A stretch of 64,000 bases of DNA from Clostridiales bacterium (GTDB lineage: Bacteria > Bacillota > Clostridia > Oscillospirales > CAG-272): contig DUUJ01000040.1 of NCBI GenBank assembly GCA_012841635.1, forward strand, positions 8,942-72,941, given 5' to 3'. Positions within the stretch are counted from its first letter, which is position 1. Each line of letters starts with the position of its first letter. The notes below the pieces were generated by a model. It did not search any database. It was not told where the DNA came from and saw only the letters and a program-made list of their open reading frames with translations. A program made the translations under genes and the position numbers. Shown piece by piece: positions 46,634 to 56,128 of the stretch.

Positions 46634-47497
46634 TCAGTTTAAATGAAGTACTCTCTCGGCGTTTTTATGGTAGATTTTTTCTTTGACTTCGCCGGACAGC
46701 GGAATCGATTCGAGAAATTCGATATGCTGATTGTCAAAATAATCGCGGCCGAACAAAATTCTGTCCTGATACTTTGTAAGGAATCCGAGAGCGTGCTCCG
46801 GGTCGCGGGTGAGAGCGCGGCAGCCGGAACCGGCGGAAATGTCGCACATCAGGTTCGGATATTTGTCAAGATAAAGCGGCAGAAGCCCGCCCGGCTCCAC
46901 TTTGCCCAGCGGATACGCTTCTTTATACGCCTTTCCGTCGCCGGAGATATGAGCCCAGAAGCCAGGGGCGTGTCCGATGAACGTCGTTTCCGGACAGGCT
47001 TCGCAGGCGCGGCCGAACGCCTCAATCCCGCCTCCGTACCAATAATTCGGGCGGGGATGAGAGGACGCCGCCGGAAACTCATAGTCGATATGAACCAATA
47101 CGGCAAGTCCCAGCTCTCCGCATTTGCGGTAAAACCTGAGGGCGTCGGGATTGTCGTACATCATCCGCAGCTTCAGCTCGCCGCAGATGCGGACGCCGTA
47201 GGTATTATAAGCCGAAACGAGCTTTGGTATCGCATCCTCCCGGCGCGGGTCGGGACAGTAGCCGATATAGAAGCGGTCGGGGTATTTTTCGGCAAAGGAG
47301 ATACAGTATTCAAAAGGTATCGCCAGATTCTCCCTCGAAAACGGGAGTATATGGCTGTATGACGGGTCGTATTCGTCGGGCAGAGCCTCCCAGGACAAAA
47401 GGCAGGTCTTGTCTATGCCGTACTTGTCCATATTTTCGACGAATCTGTCGGCGGTATAGTTATACCACATCGGATGGTTATGTATATCGATTTTCAT
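46634..47497 (-). CDS. Amidohydrolase-family (metal-dependent TIM-barrel hydrolase) protein
   Basis: The MKIDIHNHP start with the HxH metal motif and ~287 aa are consistent with Amidohydrolase_2-type proteins. Substrate unknown. Confidence 0.6.
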   Translation of the reverse strand: MKIDIHNHPMWYNYTADRFVENMDKYGIDKTCLLSWEALPDEYDPSYSHILPFSRENLAIPFEYCISFAEKYPDRFYIGYCPDPRREDAIPKLVSAYNTYGVRICGELKLRMMYDNPDALRFYRKCGELGLAVLVHIDYEFPAASSHPRPNYWYGGGIEAFGRACEACPETTFIGHAPGFWAHISGDGKAYKEAYPLGKVEPGGLLPLYLDKYPNLMCDISAGSGCRALTRDPEHALGFLTKYQDRILFGRDYFDNQHIEFLESIPLSGEVKEKIYHKNAERVLHLN

Positions 47498-47651
47498 TTT
47501 ATCGGCCGTCCTTTCGGTTTTTTACAATTATATACCAAAGCCGGATTTTTGTCAACCGAAAAAAGTATGGAACTTTTATTTTTGAGCGGCGTCATATCGT
47601 ATGTAAACCGAAAACAATAATAAAAAACATTGCTTTATAAAGGAGAACGCT

Positions 47652-48899
47652 TTGAACAACAAAATTAAAATCATAGCGGGAATACTCGCGGCAGCCCTAC
47701 TTATATCCGCAGTCGCCGTGGTATCTTCCCTTGCAAAGACGAAACCGAGAGTGCCGAGGCTGATAAACGGCACTACCGAAGCGTGGGAGGAAGAAATGCC
47801 CGAAACGACCGATACCCCCGAAACCGAATATGATGCCGAATACGTAAGCTTCGCGCAGAAGCTTGCCGGACAGATGAACGACGAGGAAAACTGGTTTATC
47901 AGTCCTCATTCGATCTACACCGCGCTGCTTATGGCGGCTAACGGCGCCGGCGGGGAGACGAAGGCTCAGCTTCTGAAGGCGCTCGGAGTAAAAGATATTA
48001 AGTGGGCGAACGAATACGCTGCCATCTTCCGCGAAAAGGTAAAGACCAACGACAAGATTACCCTTGAAACCGCCGATTCGCTCTGGCTCAACACCGACGC
48101 CATGAACGGCATAGAGTTCAGCGACGGTTTTAAGAAGCTTTGCGCCGAAATATTCGACGCGGCGGTCGAGGAAGTGACTGCGGCCGATGCAGTCGCAAAG
48201 GTTAACGCCTGGGTCAGCGAAAAAACTCACGGCAGGATAAAGAACCTTATATCCGACAACGGATTCGACGCGGCGCTTGTCGACACTATCTATCTCAAAG
48301 CCGACTGGGAAAAGGAATTCGATAAAAGCAACACCTATAAGCAGGTTTTCCACTCGAAGAACGGCGATGACAAGGAAATCGATTTCATGCACCAGACAGA
48401 GACCTTCGAGTATGCGGAAAGCGGCGACGCGCGGATAGCCGTGCTGCCTTACGTTGGCGGGGCTGTCTCTATGATGCTCATTTTGGGGGAATACGAAGGC
48501 GATGTCGAAAAGCTTATAAGCGAAGCCGAATATTCGGATACCCTCCTTTATCTCGCTCTTCCGAAGATATCGAGCGAATCCTCGTTTAACCTGAACGAAG
48601 TAATGGAGAAACTCGGCGCGGCCGATTGCTTCAACCCCTCAAAGGCGGATTTCACCCCGATGGTAACCGCCGGCAATATGTATATTGAAAAGATACTCCA
48701 CAAAGCCAACGTCGATGTCGACGAAAAGGGAACCGAAGCCGCCGCCGCGACCGCAATCGTTCTGCGCACGACGGCTTTTATCGAACCCGATCCGACAGAG
48801 CCGACCGAGTTTATCTGCGACAAGCCGTTTACCTATCTTATCCGCGACAACGAGACCGGAGAGATACTCTTTATCGGCAGATACAACAACGCCGAATAA
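47652..48899 (+). CDS. Serpin-family serine protease inhibitor with an N-terminal membrane anchor or signal
   Basis: AAGGAGA RBS then TTG start. TM/signal helix IIAGILAAALLISAVAVVSSLA. FISPHSIYTALLMAANGAGGETKAQL, NAWVSEKTHGRIKNLI, hinge and reactive-centre loop EKGTEAAAATAIVLRTTAF, and the C-terminal FxxDKPFxYLIRDxxTGxILFIG pattern. Confidence 0.85.
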   Translation: MNNKIKIIAGILAAALLISAVAVVSSLAKTKPRVPRLINGTTEAWEEEMPETTDTPETEYDAEYVSFAQKLAGQMNDEENWFISPHSIYTALLMAANGAGGETKAQLLKALGVKDIKWANEYAAIFREKVKTNDKITLETADSLWLNTDAMNGIEFSDGFKKLCAEIFDAAVEEVTAADAVAKVNAWVSEKTHGRIKNLISDNGFDAALVDTIYLKADWEKEFDKSNTYKQVFHSKNGDDKEIDFMHQTETFEYAESGDARIAVLPYVGGAVSMMLILGEYEGDVEKLISEAEYSDTLLYLALPKISSESSFNLNEVMEKLGAADCFNPSKADFTPMVTAGNMYIEKILHKANVDVDEKGTEAAAATAIVLRTTAFIEPDPTEPTEFICDKPFTYLIRDNETGEILFIGRYNNAE

Positions 48900-48941
48900 G
48901 ACAAACCTCACGGGTATAACCCGAAAAATCCATAAAATCAT

Positions 48942-48969
48942 GCCGCGCTTTCGGGCGCGGCGCTTTTTT
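48942..48969 (+). terminator. Rho-independent terminator after the serpin gene
   Basis: GCCGCGC (48942-48948), TTTCGG loop, GCGCGGC (48955-48961), then GCTTTTTTA. Confidence 0.75.
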
Positions 48970-49013
48970 ATATTGAAAATTAACGGTTTGGATGTAAAAT
49001 TATCAGATTTAGG

Positions 49014-49042
49014 TTGAAAAAAATTGCATAAGGTATTATAAT
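49014..49042 (+). promoter_or_regulatory. Sigma-A-type promoter of ilvE
   Basis: TTGAAA (49014-49019), 17-nt spacer, TATAAT (49037-49042). Confidence 0.65.
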
Positions 49043-49077
49043 ATAATAGATAAGTATTTTTATACGGAGGAAACACC

Positions 49078-50148
49078 ATGCTCAATATCAGAATAACCCC
49101 GACTCAAAATAAAAAAGAAAAGCCGGATCAGACGAAATTAGGCTTCGGCCGCTATTTCACTGACCATATGTTCCTGATGGATTATAACGAAGGACAGGGC
49201 TGGCACGACGCTCGGATCGTTCCGTTCGGAAACCTTTCCCTCTCTCCCGCCACCATGGTATTCCATTACGCGCAGGAGATGTTCGAGGGAATGAAAGCCT
49301 ATCTCTCGCCGGAAGGCAAAATCCTGCTCTTCCGCCCCGATATGAACGCGAAGCGGCTGAACCGCACCAACCAACGAATGATCATACCAGAACTTCCGGA
49401 AAAAGACTTCGTCGACGCAGTCAAAGCTATCGTTAAATACGACTCCGACTGGATTCCGACCGCGCCGGGAACTTCGCTGTATATACGTCCCTTTATCATC
49501 GCGACCGACCCGTTTTTGGGAGTTCATCCGTCGGAAAGCTATCTTTTCGCGATAATCCTCTCCCCTGTCGGCGCCTATTACGCCTCGGGGATAAATCCGG
49601 TCAAGATTTTTGTCGAAAAGCACTACACCCGCGCCGTCAGGGGCGGCACCGGATACGCGAAGGTCGGCGGAAACTACGCCTCTTCCCTCATCGGTCAGCA
49701 GAAGGCCGAGGAGATGGGCTACGCTCAGGTGCTCTGGCTTGACGGAATTGAGCATAAATACATCGACGAAGTCGGCGCGATGAACGTCTTTTTCGTCGTC
49801 GACGGAGAGGTGCTCACCCCTTCGCTCGACGAAGGCTCGATTCTTCCCGGCGTTACCCGCGATTCCTGCATACATCTGCTGAAAAGCTGGGGATATAAAG
49901 TGACGGAGCGCAAGATTTCCCTTGAAGAGATCGTCCGCGCAAACGAAGAAGGAAGACTCGACGAAGCCTTCGGCACCGGAACCGCCGCGGTAATCTCTCC
50001 TATCGGCGAGCTTAATGACGACGGCAACAAGATGATCCTCAACGAAGGAAAGATCGGCCCCATCAGCCAGAAGCTTTACGACAGCCTCACCGCGATTCAG
50101 TGGGGACGGGCGGAAGGACCTGAAGGCTGGTCTGTCATCGTCGATTAA
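49078..50148 (+). CDS. ilvE: Branched-chain amino acid aminotransferase
   Basis: GGAGG RBS. FGRYFTDHMF, HYAQEMFEGMKAY, PLP-lysine context GTGYAKVGGNYASS, and GVTRDS motifs. Confidence 0.92.
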   Translation: MLNIRITPTQNKKEKPDQTKLGFGRYFTDHMFLMDYNEGQGWHDARIVPFGNLSLSPATMVFHYAQEMFEGMKAYLSPEGKILLFRPDMNAKRLNRTNQRMIIPELPEKDFVDAVKAIVKYDSDWIPTAPGTSLYIRPFIIATDPFLGVHPSESYLFAIILSPVGAYYASGINPVKIFVEKHYTRAVRGGTGYAKVGGNYASSLIGQQKAEEMGYAQVLWLDGIEHKYIDEVGAMNVFFVVDGEVLTPSLDEGSILPGVTRDSCIHLLKSWGYKVTERKISLEEIVRANEEGRLDEAFGTGTAAVISPIGELNDDGNKMILNEGKIGPISQKLYDSLTAIQWGRAEGPEGWSVIVD

Positions 50149-50158
50149 ACCGGTATAA

Positions 50159-51070
50159 ATGGAATACATAATATCCGCATCCGACGCGGGAGAGGACATC
50201 AAAGCTTTCCTGCGCCGGAAGGATATATCAAGGCGGATCTGCATCCGTCTCAAGAACACCGAGGGCGGGATACTTGTCAACGGCGAATTCGCGACGGTGC
50301 GGCGGGTGCTGCATGAAGGCGATGTGCTTACCCTTTCATTCGAAGACAGGGAGCCTGCCGCGAATATTAATTACGCTCCGCCCGCCGACTTTGAAAGCTC
50401 CGGCGTAACGATTCTTTATGAAGACGAACGGCTTATCGCTTTCGACAAGCCGCCTTTCATGCCGACGCATATATCATGCGGGCATCTTGACGACAGCCTT
50501 CTGAACGCTGCCGCGGGGCTTTTCAAAAACCGCGGTGTCCCGTTTGTCTTTCGTCCGGTGAACCGTCTTGACCGTGACACCTCCGGCATCGTGCTCTGCG
50601 CGAAGGATCAGCCGGCGGCGTCGATCATGTCAAAGCTGCTTATCGCGGGCAGGGTCGAAAAGAGTTACATCGCCGTTCTGGACGGCGCGCCGGAGCTGCC
50701 GCAGGGAATTATCGAGGGCTATATCCGCCGCAAAGCCGGCAGCATAATCGAGCGGGAGCCGGCGGAACAAGGCGAGCCGTCGCAGTTTGCGTCGACCCGA
50801 TACAAGCTCCTCGGCAGGAGTTTCTGCGGAGGAGCCGTTGTCGAAGCTATGCCGATAACCGGGCGGACGCATCAGCTGAGAGTGCATTTTAAGATGATCG
50901 GCTGCCCGATTCTGGGCGACACCCTTTACGGCGAAGGATCGCCGCTTATAGAAAGACAGGCGCTGCACGCATCAGAACTCAGCTTCCCCGACCCTTTCGG
51001 AGAAAATCAAATCACCATTGTTTCAGAGCCGCCGCCCGACATCAGGCGGCTGTATAAGGAGTTAACTTGA
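50159..51070 (+). CDS. RluA-family pseudouridine synthase
   Basis: N-terminal S4-like segment, catalytic RLDRDTSG motif, and GRTHQLRVH. Confidence 0.85.
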   Translation: MEYIISASDAGEDIKAFLRRKDISRRICIRLKNTEGGILVNGEFATVRRVLHEGDVLTLSFEDREPAANINYAPPADFESSGVTILYEDERLIAFDKPPFMPTHISCGHLDDSLLNAAAGLFKNRGVPFVFRPVNRLDRDTSGIVLCAKDQPAASIMSKLLIAGRVEKSYIAVLDGAPELPQGIIEGYIRRKAGSIIEREPAEQGEPSQFASTRYKLLGRSFCGGAVVEAMPITGRTHQLRVHFKMIGCPILGDTLYGEGSPLIERQALHASELSFPDPFGENQITIVSEPPPDIRRLYKELT

Positions 51071-52251
51071 CAGATCAAAAACCGGCAGCGATAGAAATAT
51101 CCGAAGAAAAAACCAAAAAACGAAGCCGGATATTCGATTATATGACGCCCGCTGCGCTGGTTGTATTCATTATCGCCCTTTTAGGGGTGCCGGTACATAT
51201 AATTTCCTACCGAAGCGCAGCGTTTGCCGACTTCTGGAACCTTACCGTCTGCGCCGCCGTCAGGTGCATCATCGCGCAGCCGACAAACCTGCTTCCCTTT
51301 TCGCTCGGGGAGATCGTTATTTTGCTGCTCCCTTTCGGGATAATCGCATTTTTGACCGCCGTTATCGTAATGTCGATAAAAGGCAGCAAGAAGGTATGGA
51401 AGCTCATAACCTCCGTCTTCGCCGTAGCGGCTTACGTTTATATCCTGCTGTCGATAGGCTATATCGCCGGATACAACACCACGACCGTCGACAAAAAATT
51501 AGGGCTTGACAGACAGAACGTCAGCGGCGAGGAACTTTACAAAACCGCCTGCCTGCTGCGGGAAAACGAAAACAAATACCTTAACCGGGTCGTCTTCGGC
51601 GGCAGCGGCGCTTCGGTCATGCCTTATTCGATAAAGGCGATGAACGACAAGCTTATCGATGCTTATGAAAAGGCGTCCGAGAAATACGACTTCATCCCGA
51701 CTTTTTACTCGAGGGTGAAGCCGATTCTGCTGAGCGAGCCGATGACATACACCCATCTCTCCGGTGTTTATACCCTTTACACCGGAGAAGCCAACATAAA
51801 CACGAATTTCCCCGACTACACCCTGCCCTTCACCGCCTGCCACGAGCTTTCGCATCAGCGCGGGATAAACCGCGAAGACGAGGCGAATTTCCTCGCCTTC
51901 ATAGTCTCGATAGAGAGCGACGACCCGTACATACTTTACAGCGCTTATCAGAATATGCTTGAGTATGTTCTCAGCGCGCTTTATTCGGCGGATAAGGACC
52001 TTTATACGGCCTTCTTCCGGGAAATGGACCCCCGGCCTTATTACGAAATGGTGGCTTACAACCGCTTCTTTGATAAATACCGGGAAAGCAAAGCGGCGGA
52101 GGTTACCGACTCGGTAAACGACAGCTATCTCAAAGCGTCGGGACAGCCTCAGGGGACAAAGAGCTACGGGCTTGTGGTAGACCTGGCGGTGGCTTATTAC
52201 CGGGATTCGTTTGATATGGTTGAGATGCCGGAAATCAAACCCGCGGAATAA
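51067..52251 (+). CDS. DUF3810-like membrane zinc-metallopeptidase-fold protein
   Basis: AAGGAG RBS then TTG start overlapping the previous stop. Three N-terminal TM helices. HELSHQRG (HExxH) followed by EDEANF. Confidence 0.6.
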   Translation: MTDQKPAAIEISEEKTKKRSRIFDYMTPAALVVFIIALLGVPVHIISYRSAAFADFWNLTVCAAVRCIIAQPTNLLPFSLGEIVILLLPFGIIAFLTAVIVMSIKGSKKVWKLITSVFAVAAYVYILLSIGYIAGYNTTTVDKKLGLDRQNVSGEELYKTACLLRENENKYLNRVVFGGSGASVMPYSIKAMNDKLIDAYEKASEKYDFIPTFYSRVKPILLSEPMTYTHLSGVYTLYTGEANINTNFPDYTLPFTACHELSHQRGINREDEANFLAFIVSIESDDPYILYSAYQNMLEYVLSALYSADKDLYTAFFREMDPRPYYEMVAYNRFFDKYRESKAAEVTDSVNDSYLKASGQPQGTKSYGLVVDLAVAYYRDSFDMVEMPEIKPAE

Positions 52252-52273
52252 CACGGATTTAAAATAATAAAAA

Positions 52274-53524
52274 ATGAAGAAAACGAGCTGTAACAAAACA
52301 TTGCGCACGGCGGCGGTAATTTTGGCCGTCCTGATCTTCGGCGGGACTTTCGCCGGGGTCTTTTCGCTGCGCGCCGTGAAAAAAGACAATTCGTCGCCTT
52401 CGAAATTCATAAACGACGAGCCGTGGTACGACGAGGAACTTTTTTACTGGGCGCAGATTGCCTCGGTCTGGTTCGTTCCGATAACCGTCTTCTCCAAGCT
52501 TGACGGAGTTGACGTGAAATCATCCTCCTTTTACAAAAATACCGTTATTTCGAAGGGGGACAAATACTTCACCATCGACAACGACACCATGATGTTCGCA
52601 TATACCGAAGAGAGCGGGATGTTCTATTTCAAGACGTATATGCTGCGCTCCGGCACGATCTGGGTGCCGGCGGAAAGGGTCTGTTCCTATTTCGGGCTGG
52701 GATTTGAAGTGCTGGCATCATCCGCCGGGACCGCGGTAAGGATATCCGACGACAAAGCCCAGACTTCGCTCGAACAGCTGCTCGCTACCTACAATCCCGA
52801 CCTTCTGGCGGCGGCATATGCCCCCGAAACAACGACGGCGAAGCCGCCCGCAAAAACGACCGCGCCGGAAACCGAGACGACCGAAGAACGCGATATTGAA
52901 GACATTAGCTACGACCGGGTGCGCTTCACCTTTGAAGACTGCCCGAACGAATATACCCGGGAACTGCTCGATGTGCTTGAGAAACACAATATCCGCGCGA
53001 CCTTTTTCGTGACCGGAGGAGGCATCGCCGCATATCCCGAGCTTATCAGCCGGATGGCTGCCGACGGCCATTCGGTGGGGCTGCACTCGATGTCGCTCGA
53101 TGAAAAATTTTTCGCCGAAGATATTCGCAATTTCATAAACGAGCTTGAAGAAGAAAACGCATTGCTCGACCGGGTAATAAAAAGCCGGACAAGGCTCGTT
53201 CGGGCGCCGAACGGCTCGTGGTCGGACAAATTTCACATACTTAATACCGAATACGATGAGATCAAAGCCGCGGGATTCGTCGTCTGGGACTGGAACATAT
53301 ATGTTCCGGACGAGGCGGACGTCGCCTCGATATACGAAGCGATCATCCCCGAACTGCTCTCGGACACGGCGGAAGACCCGGTGATACGGCTTTCCGTCGG
53401 AGAGCATACCGCTGCGGGAATCGATGAAGTTCTCACCTATCTTGCCCCGATAAAAGGGCGGGTAAGCTTTGCCGGCATAACATTCTCGGAACCGGAACTG
53501 AATTTCATAGGGGTATACGAATAA
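52274..53524 (+). CDS. Membrane-anchored polysaccharide deacetylase (NodB homology domain) with non-canonical motifs
   Basis: TM/signal AAVILAVLIFGGTFAGVF and a Thr/Ala/Pro linker. NodB region FTFEDCPNEYTRELLDVLEKHNIRATFFV...GHSVGLHSMSL...LVRAPNG. Confidence 0.75.
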   Translation: MKKTSCNKTLRTAAVILAVLIFGGTFAGVFSLRAVKKDNSSPSKFINDEPWYDEELFYWAQIASVWFVPITVFSKLDGVDVKSSSFYKNTVISKGDKYFTIDNDTMMFAYTEESGMFYFKTYMLRSGTIWVPAERVCSYFGLGFEVLASSAGTAVRISDDKAQTSLEQLLATYNPDLLAAAYAPETTTAKPPAKTTAPETETTEERDIEDISYDRVRFTFEDCPNEYTRELLDVLEKHNIRATFFVTGGGIAAYPELISRMAADGHSVGLHSMSLDEKFFAEDIRNFINELEEENALLDRVIKSRTRLVRAPNGSWSDKFHILNTEYDEIKAAGFVVWDWNIYVPDEADVASIYEAIIPELLSDTAEDPVIRLSVGEHTAAGIDEVLTYLAPIKGRVSFAGITFSEPELNFIGVYE

Positions 53525-53547
53525 TAAAGAGGAGCATTCAGAGGCAT

Positions 53548-54255
53548 ATGGACAACGAAAAGAAGAAAATACTCATAGTCGAGGATGAGAAGAACATCGC
53601 TCAGATGCTCGCCTTCAACCTTTCGCAGGCCGGATACGACTTCGATATCGCCTATGAAGGCGAAGAAGGGCTGAAAAAGGCGCTTGATGAAGATTTTGAC
53701 CTCATACTGCTTGACATAATGCTGCCGAAGCTGGACGGCTTCGAAGTCTGCCGGCGGATAAGGGTGAAAAAATCGACGCCTATCATCATCGTGACAGCGC
53801 GAGAGGAAGAGATCGACAAAATCCTCGGACTCGACCTCGGCGCCGACGATTACGTCACAAAGCCGTTTTCCATCAAGGTGCTGCTGGCGAGGGTAAAATC
53901 AAATATCCGCCGCGCTTCAAACGAGCTGGTAAACGGCACCTCCGGCGACAATCCGGAGGTTATACGGATCCGGGATCTCATGATCGACTGCGAAAGGTAT
54001 CAGGTAACAAACCGCGGCGAGCAGATAATGCTTACCAAAAAAGAATATGAGCTGCTGCTTCATCTTGCCCGCAACAAGGGGAAGGTCTTTTCTCGCGAAC
54101 AGCTGCTTGAGGAGGTCTGGGGATATGAAGGCTTTTACGGCGACCAGAGCACGGTCGACGTTACCATATCGCGGCTCCGCTCAAAGCTTGAGATCGACTC
54201 CTCCCGTCCCGAATACCTTTTCACCAAGCGCAGCATGGGCTACTACATAAAATGA
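53548..54255 (+). CDS. OmpR-family response regulator (WalR/YycF-like)
   Basis: Receiver domain (ILIVEDE...LLDIMLPKLDG...DDYVTKPF) plus a winged-helix C-terminus (LTKKEYELL...VDVTISRLRSKLE). Confidence 0.9.
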   Translation: MDNEKKKILIVEDEKNIAQMLAFNLSQAGYDFDIAYEGEEGLKKALDEDFDLILLDIMLPKLDGFEVCRRIRVKKSTPIIIVTAREEEIDKILGLDLGADDYVTKPFSIKVLLARVKSNIRRASNELVNGTSGDNPEVIRIRDLMIDCERYQVTNRGEQIMLTKKEYELLLHLARNKGKVFSREQLLEEVWGYEGFYGDQSTVDVTISRLRSKLEIDSSRPEYLFTKRSMGYYIK

Positions 54256-54276
54256 CTTCCCTTACACCCGTCTGTC

Positions 54277-56121
54277 ATGTTTAAAAGTCTGTATTTAAAG
54301 ATAATGCTGCTGTTCGCCATCTTCATGGCGGCTGTCATGGCGGCGGTCGGAACGATACTGATGGATTCGGTTTACCGCTTCTATGTAAACGAATTCTCGG
54401 CGCAGATGGAAGACTGTCTTTCCGAGGGCAGCCGCTCCGGTCTGCGCGATGAGCTGATATCGGCGCTCGGCGATACCGATCCGCCGAAAGCGCAGAAGGC
54501 GATACTGACGGCTTACGGCACCCGTCTCGGCATAGACGAATACCGCAGCTTCTATATCCTCGACATGTCGGGGAAGACTCTCGCCGGCTCGCGGGAGGAT
54601 CAGAACGAAAATCCCCCTCTCACCCCGAATCTTATAAGCGCGATGTCCGGCATGGACGGAAGCGATACAAAGGTGGGAGATTTTTACTCCGACTATGCCG
54701 CCTACCTCACAAACGGCGAACGCTCCTGCGTAATCTATATCATAGATACGCAGGAGGAAATGCGTCTGCTTTCCTGGGAGATCTTTTCGCTTATCTTAAA
54801 ATCGATATTCATCGGGCTTGCGTTGGCCGTCGCTCTCAGCTTCCTGCTGGCAAAAGCGCTGACAAAACCGATCCGCGGACTGACGGTCGGCGCTCAGGCG
54901 GTTATGGCAGGGGAATTTACACACGAAATAACCGTCTCCGGCGCCGACGAGATCGGCGTTCTGACTTCTACCTTCAACGATATGCGCCTTACCCTCAAAA
55001 GCACATTCGACGAGGCGAACCGCGAACGAATGAAGCTGGAAACGGTGATGGCGAACCTGAAAGACGCGGTCATCGCCTATTCCGACACGGGAAAAGTGAT
55101 CCAGATAAACGACAGCGCGAGAAAGCTGCTCGGTATATCCGACGGAACGAATATCGTCCTTACTCTCGGCGATACCCTGTCTCTGCTCGGCGTCGGCTAT
55201 GCCGAGGGAAAGATAGATACCCTCTCGGCGGACAAATCGGTTTCGGATGACGGAGAACATTCGGAGCGCAGCAGCTTTACCCTGCACGAGATAGTATACG
55301 GCGACCGGGCTCTCGATATCGCCGCCTCCGCATTCAGATATTACGAAAGCGATACCGCGAAAAACGGTATTATTCTGGTTATTCACGACGTCACCAGCCG
55401 CTATGAGCTGGACAAGGCGCAAAGGGAATTTGTCGCAAACGTAAGCCATGAGCTGCGCACCCCGCTTACCGTCATAAAAGGCGCGGCGGAAACGCTCTCT
55501 CTCTATCCGGACATGGACCCTTCGATGCAGAGCACCTTCATCTCGAACATCACCGACGAAAGCGACCGGATGATGCGGATCGTAGGCGACCTTCTGACTC
55601 TTTCGAGGCTCGACAACCGCCACACGAAATGGCAGATCACCGAGTTTGACATGAACGCATCCCTCCGCCATATCTGTACCATCCTGGCGGCAGACGCCGG
55701 GCGGAGAAATCAGCGCATCATATTCGCCCGCAGCGATAAAATCCCGCCGGTGCTCGGCGACAAGGAGCGGATCGAGCAGGTCATCATTAATATTATTTCA
55801 AACTCGATAAAATATACCCCGGAGGGCGGCGAGATCCGGGTCCGGAGCCGCGCCGACAACACACGGGCATATATCTACGTCCGCGACAACGGCGTCGGAA
55901 TCCCGCCGGAGGATATCCCGCATCTGTTTGAGCGGTTTTATCGCGTGGAAAAATCGCGTTCCGCCGATGCGGGCGGCACCGGTCTCGGGCTTGCCATCGC
56001 CAAAGAGATCGTCGTCGCCCACGGCGGTGAGATTACGATAAGAAGCAAGGTCGGCCACGGTACCGAGACGATTATTATACTGCCACTCAGAACCGCGCTT
56101 ACCAACGAAACCGGCTCGTGA
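54277..56121 (+). CDS. Sensor histidine kinase (WalK/YycG-like: 2 TM, HAMP, PAS, HisKA, HATPase_c)
   Basis: Two TM helices flank a ~140-aa extracytoplasmic loop. H-box SHELRTPLT, N-box NSIKYTP, G-boxes DNGVGI and GGTGLGLAI. Confidence 0.9.
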   Translation: MFKSLYLKIMLLFAIFMAAVMAAVGTILMDSVYRFYVNEFSAQMEDCLSEGSRSGLRDELISALGDTDPPKAQKAILTAYGTRLGIDEYRSFYILDMSGKTLAGSREDQNENPPLTPNLISAMSGMDGSDTKVGDFYSDYAAYLTNGERSCVIYIIDTQEEMRLLSWEIFSLILKSIFIGLALAVALSFLLAKALTKPIRGLTVGAQAVMAGEFTHEITVSGADEIGVLTSTFNDMRLTLKSTFDEANRERMKLETVMANLKDAVIAYSDTGKVIQINDSARKLLGISDGTNIVLTLGDTLSLLGVGYAEGKIDTLSADKSVSDDGEHSERSSFTLHEIVYGDRALDIAASAFRYYESDTAKNGIILVIHDVTSRYELDKAQREFVANVSHELRTPLTVIKGAAETLSLYPDMDPSMQSTFISNITDESDRMMRIVGDLLTLSRLDNRHTKWQITEFDMNASLRHICTILAADAGRRNQRIIFARSDKIPPVLGDKERIEQVIINIISNSIKYTPEGGEIRVRSRADNTRAYIYVRDNGVGIPPEDIPHLFERFYRVEKSRSADAGGTGLGLAIAKEIVVAHGGEITIRSKVGHGTETIIILPLRTALTNETGS

Positions 56122-56128
56122 AGATATC

